A stretch of DNA of 64,000 bases from Pseudogymnoascus verrucosus (Eukaryota), in the NCBI GenBank assembly GCA_001662655.1, contig KV460219.1; one strand, written 5' to 3'. A model generated the notes under the pieces. It saw only the letters and a list, made by a program, of their open reading frames with translations, was not told where the DNA came from and searched no databases. Both the position numbers and the translations under genes were made by a program. Positions within the stretch are counted from its first letter, which is position 1, and each line of letters opens with the position of its first letter. Below are positions 24,365 to 35,928 of the stretch, piece after piece.

Positions 24365-25212
24365 ATGGCACATCCCCCCTTCAACCCACCTCTCACCCTC
24401 ACAACTCCATCCCATACCCTCATCCTCAGCGAAGGAACCCCCGCCGACATCCCCTCATTATGCACCATCTGCTATGACGCCTACGCTACCGACCCCATGC
24501 TCCACGCCACCTACGGCACCGCCTCTCCCGCCGCCATCATCGCCTCCAACGTCAAAAGATGGGAACTCGACTGGCCGCGCCCCAGCCGGCACGTTTACAA
24601 AGCCGTCGACGCAGCTACTGGGTACTATACCACATAAGCCCCAGTCCCCCATCTCCCGGTGAGAGAAAGTGGCTAAAATAGACCCAGCGAGATCGTCGCG
24701 GTCGCAAAATGGGTCTTCCCGCATACGCCAACCCCGCCGCCTGAAGCGTTGGCAAAGGTCGGGTTTCCAGAGGGCGTGAATATGGCGCTTCTAGGGGCGT
24801 TTTTTGGGAGGTCGCTTGAGAAGCGCGAGAGGTGGATGGAGTGGGAGGATATGTACCGTGCGTCTTTATTCACCATCGAAGGAAGTTTAGGGGAGATTTT
24901 ACGGAGAGGGCGAAGGAGATAGTGCTGACGCTCTAAGTAGAAATGAACGTCCTCGCCGTTCTACCAGCATATCAGCGCCTGGGGATCGGACAGGCGATGC
25001 TGGCGTCTGTGCTGAAGCTGGTGGATGAGGAGGGGCGGAGAGTGTTTGTCGAGGCGACTCCCGAGGGGGGGAGCTTATACCGGAAGTTCGGGTGGGTGGA
25101 GTGCGATGAGCGTCTGAGGTTTGATTTGGCAGAGTTTAAGGCGGGGCAGGGCGTGCTGGAGACGACGCTGTTTTTGATGCGGGAGCCAGGTGCGGGGGGG
25201 CCGGGGATGTGA
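24365..25212 (+). CDS. GNAT-family N-acetyltransferase (copy 2), 3 exons
   Basis: LAVLPAYQRLGIGQAML..FVEATPEGGSLYRKFGW..LMREPG; same intron positions as the GNAT at 10348; TATA (tatataa) at about 24281. Confidence 0.88.
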
Positions 25213-25430
25213 TGTGAAGATCGGGGATGGCCTGGATGACGCCATATAGAGGCGCATATATAGTGGGCAGCTATTTGATAAAACTTCTAATTTAAGCTCT
25301 GGGCACGTACGGTGGAATAAGAAACCATGGTAGGATCTAAAATCATGTACATTTTTATCGCTGCTGCCAAAAAAAGTCAGCGTAGTCTATGTTGTTGTAT
25401 CTAGTCAATATCCATCCCATCCACCGTCGT

Positions 25431-26540
25431 CTACAACAGCGGGTTCGGCCTGTACTCTGGGGCCGCATCGGTCACGCCCTTCTTCGCGCCCTTCTCCTCG
25501 TCCTCTAACGGGAGGTGCTCTCCATCCTCGAGCTCACTGATGTACTTTTCCGCCTCCAGCGCTGCGATGCATCCACTTCCCGCGCTCGTAATGGCCTGTC
25601 TGTAGCGCTTATCCTGGACGTCACCAGCCGCGAACACGCCAACCTTGTTGGTATAACTCGTTCCTGGCTTGGTCACTAGGTAACCCTCCGCATCCGTCTC
25701 GAGCTGTCCCTTGATCAGCGCAGTCGCTGGGTCGTGGCCAACAGCGTAGAAAAGTCCGTTCGCCTCCATCTTCTCCTCCTTGCCAGTCACCACGTTCTTG
25801 ACAATCATATGCGACATCAGTCCACGGTCATCACCAGTCACCTCACCACCAACGCTGTTAAAGCGCACAGTAACCTTCTTGTTTGACAACAGCCTCTTCG
25901 CCATTGTCTTGCTCGCGCGCAGGTAGTCCTTGCGAACCAGCACGGTAACATGGCTACCGTACTTGGTCAGGAAGAGCGCCTCCTCAGCAGCCGAATCTCC
26001 ACCGCCAATCACGACCAGCGGCTTGTTGCGGAAGATAGGCACGGCACCATCGCACACTGCGCATGCCGAGATACCGTTCTGCCAGTACTTGTCCTCTCCA
26101 GGGAGATCGAGACGGCGCGCTGACGCACCGGTTGCGATGATCAGGGCGTCGGCGGTATGGGGCTCGGCGTCCTCTGCGTATTCGAGCCAGTATTTGAATG
26201 GGCGCGAAGAGAGGTCGACCTTGGCGACGGTTTCGGAGACGACTTCTGTGCCGAAGCGCTCGGATTGCTTGCGCATGTCCTCCTGCGATCGATAGGTTAG
26301 CTTATATCCTGGTACAACGAGGGGTAGGGGACCACGAACCATCAATGCCATGCCGCCAATACCGTTAGGGAAACCGGGAAAGTTCTCGACATCGGTAGTG
26401 GTGGTAAGCTGGCCTCCAGCAGCAATACCGTTCGCCATCATACCCTCATACAGCACGGGCTTGAGCTCCGCGCGCGCGAGGTAGATAGCCGCTGTGTGAG
26501 CGGCGGGGCCGGAGCCGATGATGACGACCTTGCTGTGCAT
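25431..26540 (-). CDS. TRR1: NADPH thioredoxin reductase (low-molecular-weight type), 1 intron at 26339-26283
   Basis: [37 protein letters not shown], redox motif CAVC, GGGDSA and [24 protein letters not shown]. Confidence 0.97.
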   Translation of the reverse strand: MHSKVVIIGSGPAAHTAAIYLARAELKPVLYEGMMANGIAAGGQLTTTTDVENFPGFPNGIGGMALMVRGPLPLVVPGYKLTYRSQEDMRKQSERFGTEVVSETVAKVDLSSRPFKYWLEYAEDAEPHTADALIIATGASARRLDLPGEDKYWQNGISACAVCDGAVPIFRNKPLVVIGGGDSAAEEALFLTKYGSHVTVLVRKDYLRASKTMAKRLLSNKKVTVRFNSVGGEVTGDDRGLMSHMIVKNVVTGKEEKMEANGLFYAVGHDPATALIKGQLETDAEGYLVTKPGTSYTNKVGVFAAGDVQDKRYRQAITSAGSGCIAALEAEKYISELEDGEHLPLEDEEKGAKKGVTDAAPEYRPNPLL

Positions 26541-26740
26541 CGTTCGCGAGCGAGCGAAGACGGGCGCGGGCGCGGCGGTGGAGTTCTGTTTCGTGAGGGA
26601 AGCTGCGGCGACGAGAGGGAGTCCCGAGCTACTTCTGAGGAGATTGGCGGAGCGGCGGAAGGCGGAGGAAAACAGTTTGGCTGATTTTTCGTGGGTGAGG
26701 AGGTTTTGAGGCGGGGTTCGGCGATGTGTCGAGATCGTGA

Positions 26741-26776
26741 GGTGGGTGGTGGTGGTGGTGGTGGTTGGGGGGGGGG
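26741..26776. repeat. (GGT)n microsatellite followed by a poly-G run, upstream of TRR1
   Basis: ggtgggtggtggtggtggtggtggttgggggggggg seen directly. Confidence 0.7.
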
Positions 26777-27419
26777 AGGAAAGTTTTTGGTGGGGGTTAG
26801 AGGTCAATTAGTGAGGTCACTTGGTGATTTGACGAGAAGTAAAAGTAGAGCGCGTTGGCGGGTAACTTATAGAAAGTATGGGTAAGGCTGGTTTATAATA
26901 ATTTATCTGGGCAACTCTATGTGGAAACAAACAGTCGCGAAACCGGCGGGTACTTTTCGAGCGTCTCGGCCTTTGACACGTGACACATTTTCCATTGTGC
27001 TGACATACCAGCTTTGATAAAATTGTCCATCGAATTCTCGAATGCGGTTTTGCAAATGCCGCGGCATCTGATAATTTGAAATACTGAGTCTAGCCTCCAA
27101 ACTCGGGAATTGCGCAGCTTTATAGCGTGTATTATTTTAATTTTAATATCCGAGCACAGCTACTTGACAAATCCAGCTATTTACACGTCTCTCCGACAAA
27201 TACTCTTTTCCTCATATACTCGTAACATGCCAGGAAGTGTTTTCATACCCCAGGGTACCCCTCAGTGCTTTCCCTTCTCGCCAGACCCATCGACCAGCAT
27301 AAGCTGATGCACCGCTATTAGACCTCGGCTTCTGGTTATTATACAGTAGATTGTATTTCCAACTCCGACCCAAGAACGCCCAAAGAACCTTAAAACTCCG
27401 AATAATAACACTGAGCTTA

Positions 27420-28211
27420 TCAGACCAGTATTATCGCCGCCAATATCGCTCCAGCCAGGCTCATCATCAGACCGCTTTGTCGGTGTACTGCTCCACCATC
27501 CGCAACAATGTTATCGAATGGGCTCCCTCCACCTGAGAATCTATTGGCGTCGATTTGTTGCTGCTCTCTTGATCGGCCAGGCTCGCCCTGCTTATTCGAA
27601 TTTGTAGTCTGTGGCGCCTGTACCTCGGAGGTTGTTGACTCTGGTGTTGGCTCCGGTGTCGACTGTGGTGTGGACACTGTCGTTGACTCTGATGTTGATT
27701 CTGATGTTGGATCGGGATCGCCAATTCCAAGAACCGAGGACTTTGGTGCCTGAGACGTAGTAGTAGTCGGTTCCTCGACAGTTGTACTTTGCGGAGGTTC
27801 TTGCGACGTCGTTACTGGCGCAGGTGTATCCGTCGGCTTTGTAGCAACTTCAGTCGGTGCCGCTGACTGCGTTGGCACCTCGACTCCGTTACAGACGGAT
27901 GCGATGAGCATGTTCTGGAAGATACGGCCAAGGAGCGTGCGACTGTCAACTATGACACCAGGACAGACGGTATTGAGGGTGCTGGATATGCTCTCGAGCG
28001 ATGCAACGCATCCTACAGAACATGCGCCGCCGGCCTGAAAATCTCGTGCGCTGCAGCCCTCAATCGGGCGGTTGTATATCGTTCGACATTCACCAGTGAT
28101 TCCAAACGGTAGTGCTTGAAAATTGCCTCCCAGAGATATGGAAGACGCGGCCTGCGCAGTTGTGGCGAGAAAAAGAAGAGAGAGGCCGGTGGGGGAGAGA
28201 GGAGAAATCAT
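27420..28211 (-). CDS. Secreted, probably GPI-anchored cell-surface protein: 6-Cys N-terminal domain plus Ser/Thr/Pro-rich stalk
   Basis: Signal peptide MISPLSPTGLSLLFLATTAQA; six Cys in the first ~110 aa; S/T/P/E-rich linker; GGGSPFD motif; hydrophobic C-terminus SGLMMSLAGAILAAIILV. Confidence 0.82.
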   Translation of the reverse strand: MISPLSPTGLSLLFLATTAQAASSISLGGNFQALPFGITGECRTIYNRPIEGCSARDFQAGGACSVGCVASLESISSTLNTVCPGVIVDSRTLLGRIFQNMLIASVCNGVEVPTQSAAPTEVATKPTDTPAPVTTSQEPPQSTTVEEPTTTTSQAPKSSVLGIGDPDPTSESTSESTTVSTPQSTPEPTPESTTSEVQAPQTTNSNKQGEPGRSREQQQIDANRFSGGGSPFDNIVADGGAVHRQSGLMMSLAGAILAAIILV

Positions 28212-29592
28212 GTTGCGCCACGCGCTGATCAACAGCGCTGTGAGAAGTGAAGTGAGGCCAAGAGGAAAGATAGTCAAGAGCAATGAACTTGGTCCCGACG
28301 GCGAGCACAGGTCGCTTGCTGACAAGCTTGATTTTAGCGGGCGTTACCAGATGGGATGATGATGGTGGTGTTCGTCGCAGGGGTTGTCGGTTGTTGCAGT
28401 ATCTTGAGACAGTTGATGTTTGAGGGTGCCTTCTGGCTCACAATTTGTGAGACAGTTGAAGTCAGGAATGAGCCCCTGCCGCCGTTGAACCGGTGCGTTC
28501 TTGCGATAAATCGCACCAGTAGTACTAATCCGTAAGATTCCCCGTGGTAAAATCAAGAATGCCGTCTGTCTCTGACGGAGATGTCTGAGTTAGTGTATGC
28601 GATTTGTTGACCGAGATATGACAAAGAGCCCTCGAACTCGACACGCAACGCGCGGTATTTGTCGCGACAGTTGGCTTTGCGCCGGAGAGAATAGCAGCCG
28701 GCCGAGGATAGAGAAAATAGGGAATCACGAATTACTTCGTAATATCCACAGTCTGATTTTGTGTGAATGTGTAACTATGTGCTGGTGCTGAGAAACGCAA
28801 CGAGAGCGATGGGAAAGATATCCGTTTATGAGACGCGGGGAAGTAGGAAACATATAGGCCTACATATAGAGACCTTCTCCAGCTCTGAATAAGAAAGCGG
28901 ATAGATTCATACTTATCGTTCCTTGGGGAAGAGGGGCCTCTCCCATTCAATCACTGCCAATCGTCACTGGAGACCCAATGCAGCCTGTGGTGCGAATGAA
29001 GCCGCCAGGAACAGTCAGTTCAGGAGTAATAACATGCAACGCGGAGACTCTCCGACCCCGTTCGAGCTAGGCTGGGCCGCCAAGGGTGACAAGATGTCCA
29101 TAATATACCTATCAAATTCCTACGCCGAGACAAAGTGACGCCCATAGCGAGTTTCGTTGAGTAGTAACAATTCGATTCGTGCAGAATGTTGAAACTCGAA
29201 ACACACAGATCTTGTTTCGAGAGGGTGACGGCCCTTTTTCGTCCTGTCCGCTCATTGGCTGACAAATGTTCCCAATCGCATTTGACAAGGCTGTCATGTA
29301 GGTAATATGGTCCGTGAGTCTCAGCTGTAATGTCAGCCTTGTGATTGGCTGGCCTTCTCAGCCTTCCCGCCGGGTGAGGCAACATCAACATCGCGGGAGC
29401 GACAGTACGTAGTTTGTCGTTCGTAGCTCTCAGTAATACTCAAGACAGCCTGGGCATCGGCGAATATGCGCATGGGAATTGCGCAAGGGCGACTTCACAC
29501 GACTGCGCCTGAGACGATATACCCCGAGTTTTCAACCGCGCTCTGATCGCACCAGATATGCCTCCGTGAGAGGTTAGACATGTTGCGCAACA

Positions 29593-32500
29593 ATGGTCCA
29601 GGGGAAGATCATCAAGAGGCTCCTTGGTCAGCCTACGAATGACCACATCTCCGACCCAACCATCACGTATGATGCGCGTACCACCAGAGAATTGCAGAGG
29701 CCCACCTTCTCCCAGGATGCCACCCATTCTACCGGGTCGCCGCTTACCTGCGTCGACATCTCCCCATCTGGCAACTATGCCGTAATAGCGGGAGACAAGG
29801 TCTTCAAGACCCTAAAGATCGAGGGCCCGAAAATCGAGGAGCAGACAGATCTGCGCGCTGCGATAACCATCCCTGGCGATGGACTGAGCGACCAGCTGAA
29901 GATTGGAGCCGTGCGCTGGGGCCACGGCGAGATTGACAGCTCGATAGTGACGGCATCGGCAAATGGAAGGGTCACAATATACGATCTCAATCGCATAGGC
30001 AGCGGCTTCGAAGTTGGCCGCATAAAAGAGCATCAGCGCCAAGTCCATCAGCTGTCTATAAATCCCTTCAGAGCGAATCTGCTGCTCTCTGCCAGCCAGG
30101 ATGGAACGGTCAGGTTTTTCGATATAAAAGCTCCAACAGGGCGCAGCAACTTGACATTTATCAGCAGAGCCGTATTCAAATCTAATGCGGAGCCAGTACG
30201 AGATGTAAAGTGGAACCCAACCCGAGGATTTGAATTTGCATGCGCAACGGTGTCCGGGACAATACTCCATTGGGACACGCGCAACCAGAAGGCACCTCTT
30301 CTGAAGATCAATGCGCATGATGGCGCTTGCATGACACTTTCATGGCATTCCGATGGCGAACACATAGTTAGTGGTGGACTGGATCAGCAATGCTTTATAT
30401 GGGACCTATCAAGGAATGCCGAGAAGAGGCAAAAACCCAAGCATTCATTTGCAACTCCAGCACCAGTGTCCATTGTGTCCTGGAGGCCGCCGTCATGGTC
30501 ATCGACTGCGCAGGCTCAACGAGCTGCCCAAGTTGCAGTCGTCTACGACGATGTGAATTCTTTGAAGACCCAAAAGTCCACAGTACAAATATGGGACATT
30601 GCTCGCCCAGGACTACCGTTTAAGGAAATTTCAAGCTTTGAAACATCGCCCACAGCCTTGAAGTGGCAGCATACAGATATTCTCTGGACGGTGACCAGGG
30701 AAGGAGATTTCAGGCAGAGTGACATTGCATTCGCGCCAAAGGTTATTGACCGCCGAAGCTTGTCAACGTTCGATTTCTCTCCGTCAGGCGAAGTGTTGAT
30801 GTTGTTAGAAGAGCGGCGAGGCCGTTCAAGGCATGTTAATTTAGGGACGAACGACAAGCCGGTGAGAGCAAGGCTGTCAATGACGAGCCAAAGCCCTTCA
30901 GGTAAGCTCAGCATCAGCCGTAGTGACTCAGAAGAAGACACGGCAGGGAGCTTCTTAGGCCCGAAATCAAAGCCAAGCAAGAAGCATAAGCGCCATACCA
31001 ATACAAGGTCTGCCACACCGCTTAGTACTACCCCGCCGTCTGGAGGAGATATGGCGACTGTGATGAAGTTGGAAGAGTCTATCAAAGTTACAGGGCCGTA
31101 CAAGCCATCGCAAACGATGGCTATTGGCCATGCGCCGTCTGCTGTGCATCGAGATGTATTCAAATTTCTCTCAAGCGCTTATTTGCAACGGATAGCCAAG
31201 GATCTCCAAGATGCCGAGACCGCTGGCCTAAAGCGCGCTCCTATTCATGAGCGCATGGCCTCCATCATGGAGTCTTTTGCCCGAGCCGCAGAGTTAGTTG
31301 GCCAATACCGTCTATCTCAGACCTGGAAAGTTCTCTCCTATTCTATAAGTTTACTCCTTATTAGAAGAGCAAACTATCATCGAGAACTTCGCCTGGCTGA
31401 GGCTGAAAAAAACAAGGCTAGCCAGGCGACAATTGAAGAGCAACAGACGAAGGATAGGCAAACCTGGGGGCGACACAGGATACGTGTAGATAAGACACCG
31501 ACGAAACGGACACGGTCAAAGTCACCTGTGAACCGAAAGGAAGGTCACATTAGCTCTATAACAAGGAGTATAATGGCAGAGGAGGAGAGCACATCGACGA
31601 TGACTACTCCACTCGCGAGGCCAATGAGAGATTCGTTGATTTTAGATACTACGACACAGAAGCCGCTCCCAACTTTCGACTCGGAAGTGTTTAGCCTTCC
31701 GGAGGCAGCTCACTCCCCAGCCGATCAAAGTAATTTCTCGAGTAGGAAGTCTTCCGACGCATCCGCATATGAAGCGGGCTACGACTTCTACGATTTGGAT
31801 GCTATCGCGAACACGCCCCCCATAAGTATTATTGTCCCACCACGGAAAGCCCCACTACGTCTAGACGGTGGCTTTCCTCACGATGGCTCCACAGCACACC
31901 CTGGGGGAATGCTGCGTCATGATTCAAACGAGAGCTTCCAGATGTTTTCCACGTCTGGTGATTCGCAATTGAGGTCGTCGTTTGCCTCCGACTCAGTTGG
32001 CCGCCGGTTTAAACATAAGGAACCATCTGAGCAATATGCAAGTTGGGAGAGCAGCGACCCAGCGTCAGAGCGTCAGAATGCGGAGAGCTTTAATTCCCAG
32101 GGTAGCAGCATACCTGATGATAGCCTACGACCCAGAAGTGGGCACAGTAACCACCGGTCTCAAACTCCCACACCCTTCCCTATTGAACATCCGTCTTTGC
32201 CATCTACCGATGAAAGCAAGATCTCTGAAAACTCAGATACAGAGTCAGAACACGAAATTATGTCCATTCACTGGCAAGACCTCGATTCCGCCGCCGATTC
32301 CTTCGAAGCTGTCGATCTTTCATCTCCCGAGATCCTTGATATTGATTTCGTTCCCCAACGCAGCGACCCACCGTTCACCCCTGCTGCGATTGACCCTCAC
32401 CTACTAATCCCGCGCACTATCACTTTTGAAACTCAGACCTCATCCCTCAACGCGGCCGTCATGGTGCTCCTCCTGCTTCCCCACCTCCTCCCGGGCACTA

Positions 32501-33252
32501 TCGACGAGTTACAAGCTCCCGCCATCCTATGCCAGTATCAGAATCGCCTACAGAGCATGTTGCTCTTCACCGAGGCAGCGCTACTCCGCAAGCTATCATA
32601 CCCCACTTACCCAACCGTCTACGGTCAGGGTCAGGCCAAATGGGGCATGGACATTGGGTACTTCTGCCAGACGTGCCGGCGAGCGCTACGCAAAGACGAG
32701 AATCTCCAAGTTGGCAAGCGGCTGCTGCGCTGCGAGCGATGCAGAACTTACCTAGATGGATGCACGGTTTGCCGGCAGCAAGAGGAGCCGGAAGTGGCAG
32801 AATTGGAATTCGGTGGCGATGAAACGCCGCCGGGAGGCAGGAAGGAGGTCAAGGCGCAACCGGCTGGGAAGTTGTGGTGGTGGTGTCAGGGCTGTGGACA
32901 TGGTGGGCACAGTGTATGTCTGAGGGCGTGGCACTCGGGACCACCGACTCTGGAAGGCTCGGATGCCAGCGATGGGTGTTGTCCGATGGAGGGGTGCCTG
33001 CATCCCTGTCTACCAGGCCGCTGGCGTGATGAGTGGATGGTTGGTAAGGCTGTTGTGCGGGACACCGAGCTGAGTAAGCTTGTTAAGGAAGGGACGAGGG
33101 GGAAGAGGGCTAGTATCAGTGGTCTTGTGCGGCGCGATGATAAGGAGATAAGGATTAGTCGCGCGGTAGAGCAAGTGAGGGGAACGTTGGGGTCCGGAGG
33201 AGCTGTGGATAAGAAGAAGAGCGTTAAGGTTGTGGCTCCGGGCGAGGAGTAG
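29593..33252 (+). CDS. RTC1: SEACAT/GATOR2 subunit Sea2/Rtc1 (WDR24): N-terminal WD40 repeats and C-terminal Zn/RING
   Basis: WD40 repeats (EHQRQVHQLSINP..LLSASQDGTVRFFD, AEPVRDVKWNP, AHDGACMTLSWH..SGGLD). C-terminal FCQTC..CERC..CTVC..WCQGCGHGGHSVCLRAWH..CPMEGCLHPC. Single 1219-aa ORF. Confidence 0.9.
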   Translation: MVQGKIIKRLLGQPTNDHISDPTITYDARTTRELQRPTFSQDATHSTGSPLTCVDISPSGNYAVIAGDKVFKTLKIEGPKIEEQTDLRAAITIPGDGLSDQLKIGAVRWGHGEIDSSIVTASANGRVTIYDLNRIGSGFEVGRIKEHQRQVHQLSINPFRANLLLSASQDGTVRFFDIKAPTGRSNLTFISRAVFKSNAEPVRDVKWNPTRGFEFACATVSGTILHWDTRNQKAPLLKINAHDGACMTLSWHSDGEHIVSGGLDQQCFIWDLSRNAEKRQKPKHSFATPAPVSIVSWRPPSWSSTAQAQRAAQVAVVYDDVNSLKTQKSTVQIWDIARPGLPFKEISSFETSPTALKWQHTDILWTVTREGDFRQSDIAFAPKVIDRRSLSTFDFSPSGEVLMLLEERRGRSRHVNLGTNDKPVRARLSMTSQSPSGKLSISRSDSEEDTAGSFLGPKSKPSKKHKRHTNTRSATPLSTTPPSGGDMATVMKLEESIKVTGPYKPSQTMAIGHAPSAVHRDVFKFLSSAYLQRIAKDLQDAETAGLKRAPIHERMASIMESFARAAELVGQYRLSQTWKVLSYSISLLLIRRANYHRELRLAEAEKNKASQATIEEQQTKDRQTWGRHRIRVDKTPTKRTRSKSPVNRKEGHISSITRSIMAEEESTSTMTTPLARPMRDSLILDTTTQKPLPTFDSEVFSLPEAAHSPADQSNFSSRKSSDASAYEAGYDFYDLDAIANTPPISIIVPPRKAPLRLDGGFPHDGSTAHPGGMLRHDSNESFQMFSTSGDSQLRSSFASDSVGRRFKHKEPSEQYASWESSDPASERQNAESFNSQGSSIPDDSLRPRSGHSNHRSQTPTPFPIEHPSLPSTDESKISENSDTESEHEIMSIHWQDLDSAADSFEAVDLSSPEILDIDFVPQRSDPPFTPAAIDPHLLIPRTITFETQTSSLNAAVMVLLLLPHLLPGTIDELQAPAILCQYQNRLQSMLLFTEAALLRKLSYPTYPTVYGQGQAKWGMDIGYFCQTCRRALRKDENLQVGKRLLRCERCRTYLDGCTVCRQQEEPEVAELEFGGDETPPGGRKEVKAQPAGKLWWWCQGCGHGGHSVCLRAWHSGPPTLEGSDASDGCCPMEGCLHPCLPGRWRDEWMVGKAVVRDTELSKLVKEGTRGKRASISGLVRRDDKEIRISRAVEQVRGTLGSGGAVDKKKSVKVVAPGEE

Positions 33253-33647
33253 GGGGGTTTATGGGTAGGTGTTGGTTGGCTTGGTAGGTGTATATCTGGG
33301 CTCCACCAAATGTGTTTGAACTGGTTAGATGTTATAATGTATTATTAATGGGTAATGGGTAATGTGTGGATGGGAAGGGATTAAACCTCCAGGAATAAAA
33401 TCTTTATCATTACGCCCTACGCGATTGCTGTGAGCCTTGCTTGGGATCTACATCTACGTGATGGGTGCACGGTTACTCGAAATGAGGATGAGGAGATTGG
33501 CCCGAGCTTACTCTTCACAATCTGGGGTTGAGATTCGGTTAAATTGATCGCGAATTATAAAGTTTGGACAGACGACAAGTATTTTTATGCTGGAGTCAGA
33601 AGCCCCTGAGCACCAACTGAATATTCGGGGTACGTGAAGGATCGACC

Positions 33648-35198
33648 ATGTCTCCTATGGTATCAGCTTCACGTATTTCCAAACTTTTTGGCTGGCTAGT
33701 AAACGCCGCCAAATCCCAGGGCGATGAACCACAGGCCTCGACCCCCTCAACTGATGACCAGTCTCAGAGACCTGGCGCAGTAAATCGTCCTTGGGTACGA
33801 TAATTGGATTACAAAGCGACAGTTCAGCTAATAGATCCAGGTCCTGTCCCCGTTAGAGAAGCTACCTCTAGAGCTACAGGTTCTTATTTTGGTATCCGTT
33901 CCGGACAGTGACACGTTGCGAGGTCTCATTGATGCCTCCCTGGTCTATCATAGAGCTTATGTATCATCCAAGAAAAAAATCCTCTCGGCACTGATCGAGA
34001 AGCAGCAACTTCCTGGCACGGAAGTTGATGCGTTGGCAGCGTTATTATCACTTGATTACGCCGATGGTATGCAGGATCACCCGGATGAAGTGATTGCCTT
34101 CCTTGATAGGTACCGCCACGCCAGAGGGAGGGGCAAATGGTTGAATAAGAAGAACCCTCCGCTCCCTGTCCGGTGGCGACCACCACAAACAGATGCCGAC
34201 GACCTGATTACCATGGTTCGGTTTCACAACTATACCGAGCTCCTCACAGATCGAGTCTTGGAGTACATGGAAAAGACAAATGAGAGGTATAAGTTTGCTA
34301 AGGTGGACGGGTTCATCACCATTTCTACACAGGAAAGAGTGCGCATCTATAGGGCTATCTATCGTCTCCAGATATACTACAATTTATTCGGCATGGCAGA
34401 GTCAACCTCACGTATGCAGACTGACAATCTGTTTGTGGATCCAGAAGGGGATAATCCTCCTCAAAAACAAATCTGGGACTTATTCTTCAGGACCTTCACG
34501 GGCTGGGAACGAACGGAGATATATACGATAGAACACGTCGTGATTTCCTGCACCGTGGAATTAATCGACAAGCTGGTTCCAGACCCGGATAAGGATGTCC
34601 GATATATATTACCACCTGGTAAGTACATACATTAAATGGGTATGCTGATAACTTACTGGCAATTAATCTAGATGATTTCTATTATCTTCTCTTTGAATCT
34701 ATCGCCTGCGCTGGACCTCTATTTTTGGCAAAGGTCATTCGTCAAAAGACACTCGAGCAGCAATACTCGGTCGTTGCGGACAACTTTGACTGCCTCTTCA
34801 GTTCAAAGTCAAGCAAAATAGGATGTGGACCCATACATTCGAGCATTATGAACCTTTGCGCTGCGGAGGGTTTTCTACCGCACCACCTACTGTATCCAGT
34901 GGATAAAATTATTTTCGCCATAGCTACCATGGAAGGCGACGGAGATTTCGATCTATCACAGATGCCCTGGTATGAGATGCCCAGCGCAGGATATGAATAT
35001 TATTTCCGGTACTCCCAGTTTTGGTTACCCGTAGACGGTCGACACAACAATACGCAAGAGGAGGGTGGACATCCTATAATGGCGTCTAGGCTGAGAAGGG
35101 TTTTACAAGGTGGACCTTGGTCATTTGTGTTTTGGGACCGCGAGAGGCTGGTTCAAGTTGGAGTCATGAATGCATTACCCAATAATAGTTCTATATAA
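33648..35198 (+). CDS. F-box-like hypothetical protein, 3 exons
   Basis: LSPLEKLPLELQVLILVSVPDSDTLRGLIDAS (F-box-like); ERVRIYRAIYRLQIYYNLFG; C-terminal WSFVFWDRERL. The start codon and first intron donor are approximate. Confidence 0.72.
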
Positions 35199-35836
35199 TT
35201 CTTGGAGCTGCTTTGGGTATTGGTTTTGGCATGTACCAAATAGACGCTTCGCGTTCTATTTTCCGAGTATTCCCTGGGCGTTGTATGGCTGGACGGCCAC
35301 CTCGACTGGGACACCTAGTTTTGGTCAAGGAAAACAACATGTATATAGCTGTAGATCATGGCTTGACATGTACATAATATCTTCAGCTTATAAGTTGCAA
35401 CCCAGCATAATGCTACATAGGGAATAACAATCGTCCGTCTTATTTAATTTTCACGTTTTGTGAATTACAAAGAGCTCCGTCAAGCTTAGTAAATGGTTAC
35501 ATTAGGTTGGTAAGCTCAGCTCCGGGAGTTACCAGCCCTACGGAGCTGAATTATAGAACTTAGAAATCTTGGATGTGTAGTTTAAAGCCACAGCTTACCC
35601 AGGTACCGGCTACGCTTGCTATATTGGGACATAATTTAGCATCTGACATTCCGGGGTTTTATACCTTATTTTGTCATATTTTGCACTGATGGGATCAACC
35701 ACAACTGGGGGTTGACTAGGGCTAGATTTCCTAGATTTCCCAACACTACCGCACAGCAGGTAAACTAAAGTATTTTACCCCTCAGCCACCTCATCAGCCA
35801 GTCCTATTAAACGGTAAAAAGAAGCAAAAAAAGAAA

Positions 35837-35928
35837 CTCCCTCGGGTGGGGTCGAACCACCAACCTCTCGATTGCAAGCAGAATTACTATTTAACAGTCG
35901 AACGCGCTAGCCATTGCGCCACGAGGGA
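35837..35928 (-). tRNA. tRNA-Asn(GTT) with a 19-nt intron
   Basis: Minus strand: TCCCTCG TG GCGC-AATGGCTA-GCGC G TTCGA CT GTT A [AATAGTAATTCTGCTTGCA] A TCGAG AGGTT GGTGG-TTCGACC-CCACC CGAGGGA G. It folds as a cloverleaf and is followed by an oligo-T Pol III terminator. Confidence 0.95.

Noticed and set aside
26676..26807. Further upstream part of the 458-aa TRR1 ORF (TTG start, poly-Thr)
   Set aside because: It derives from the (GGT)n microsatellite and is not presequence-like; only the part from the CTG at 26675 is credible.
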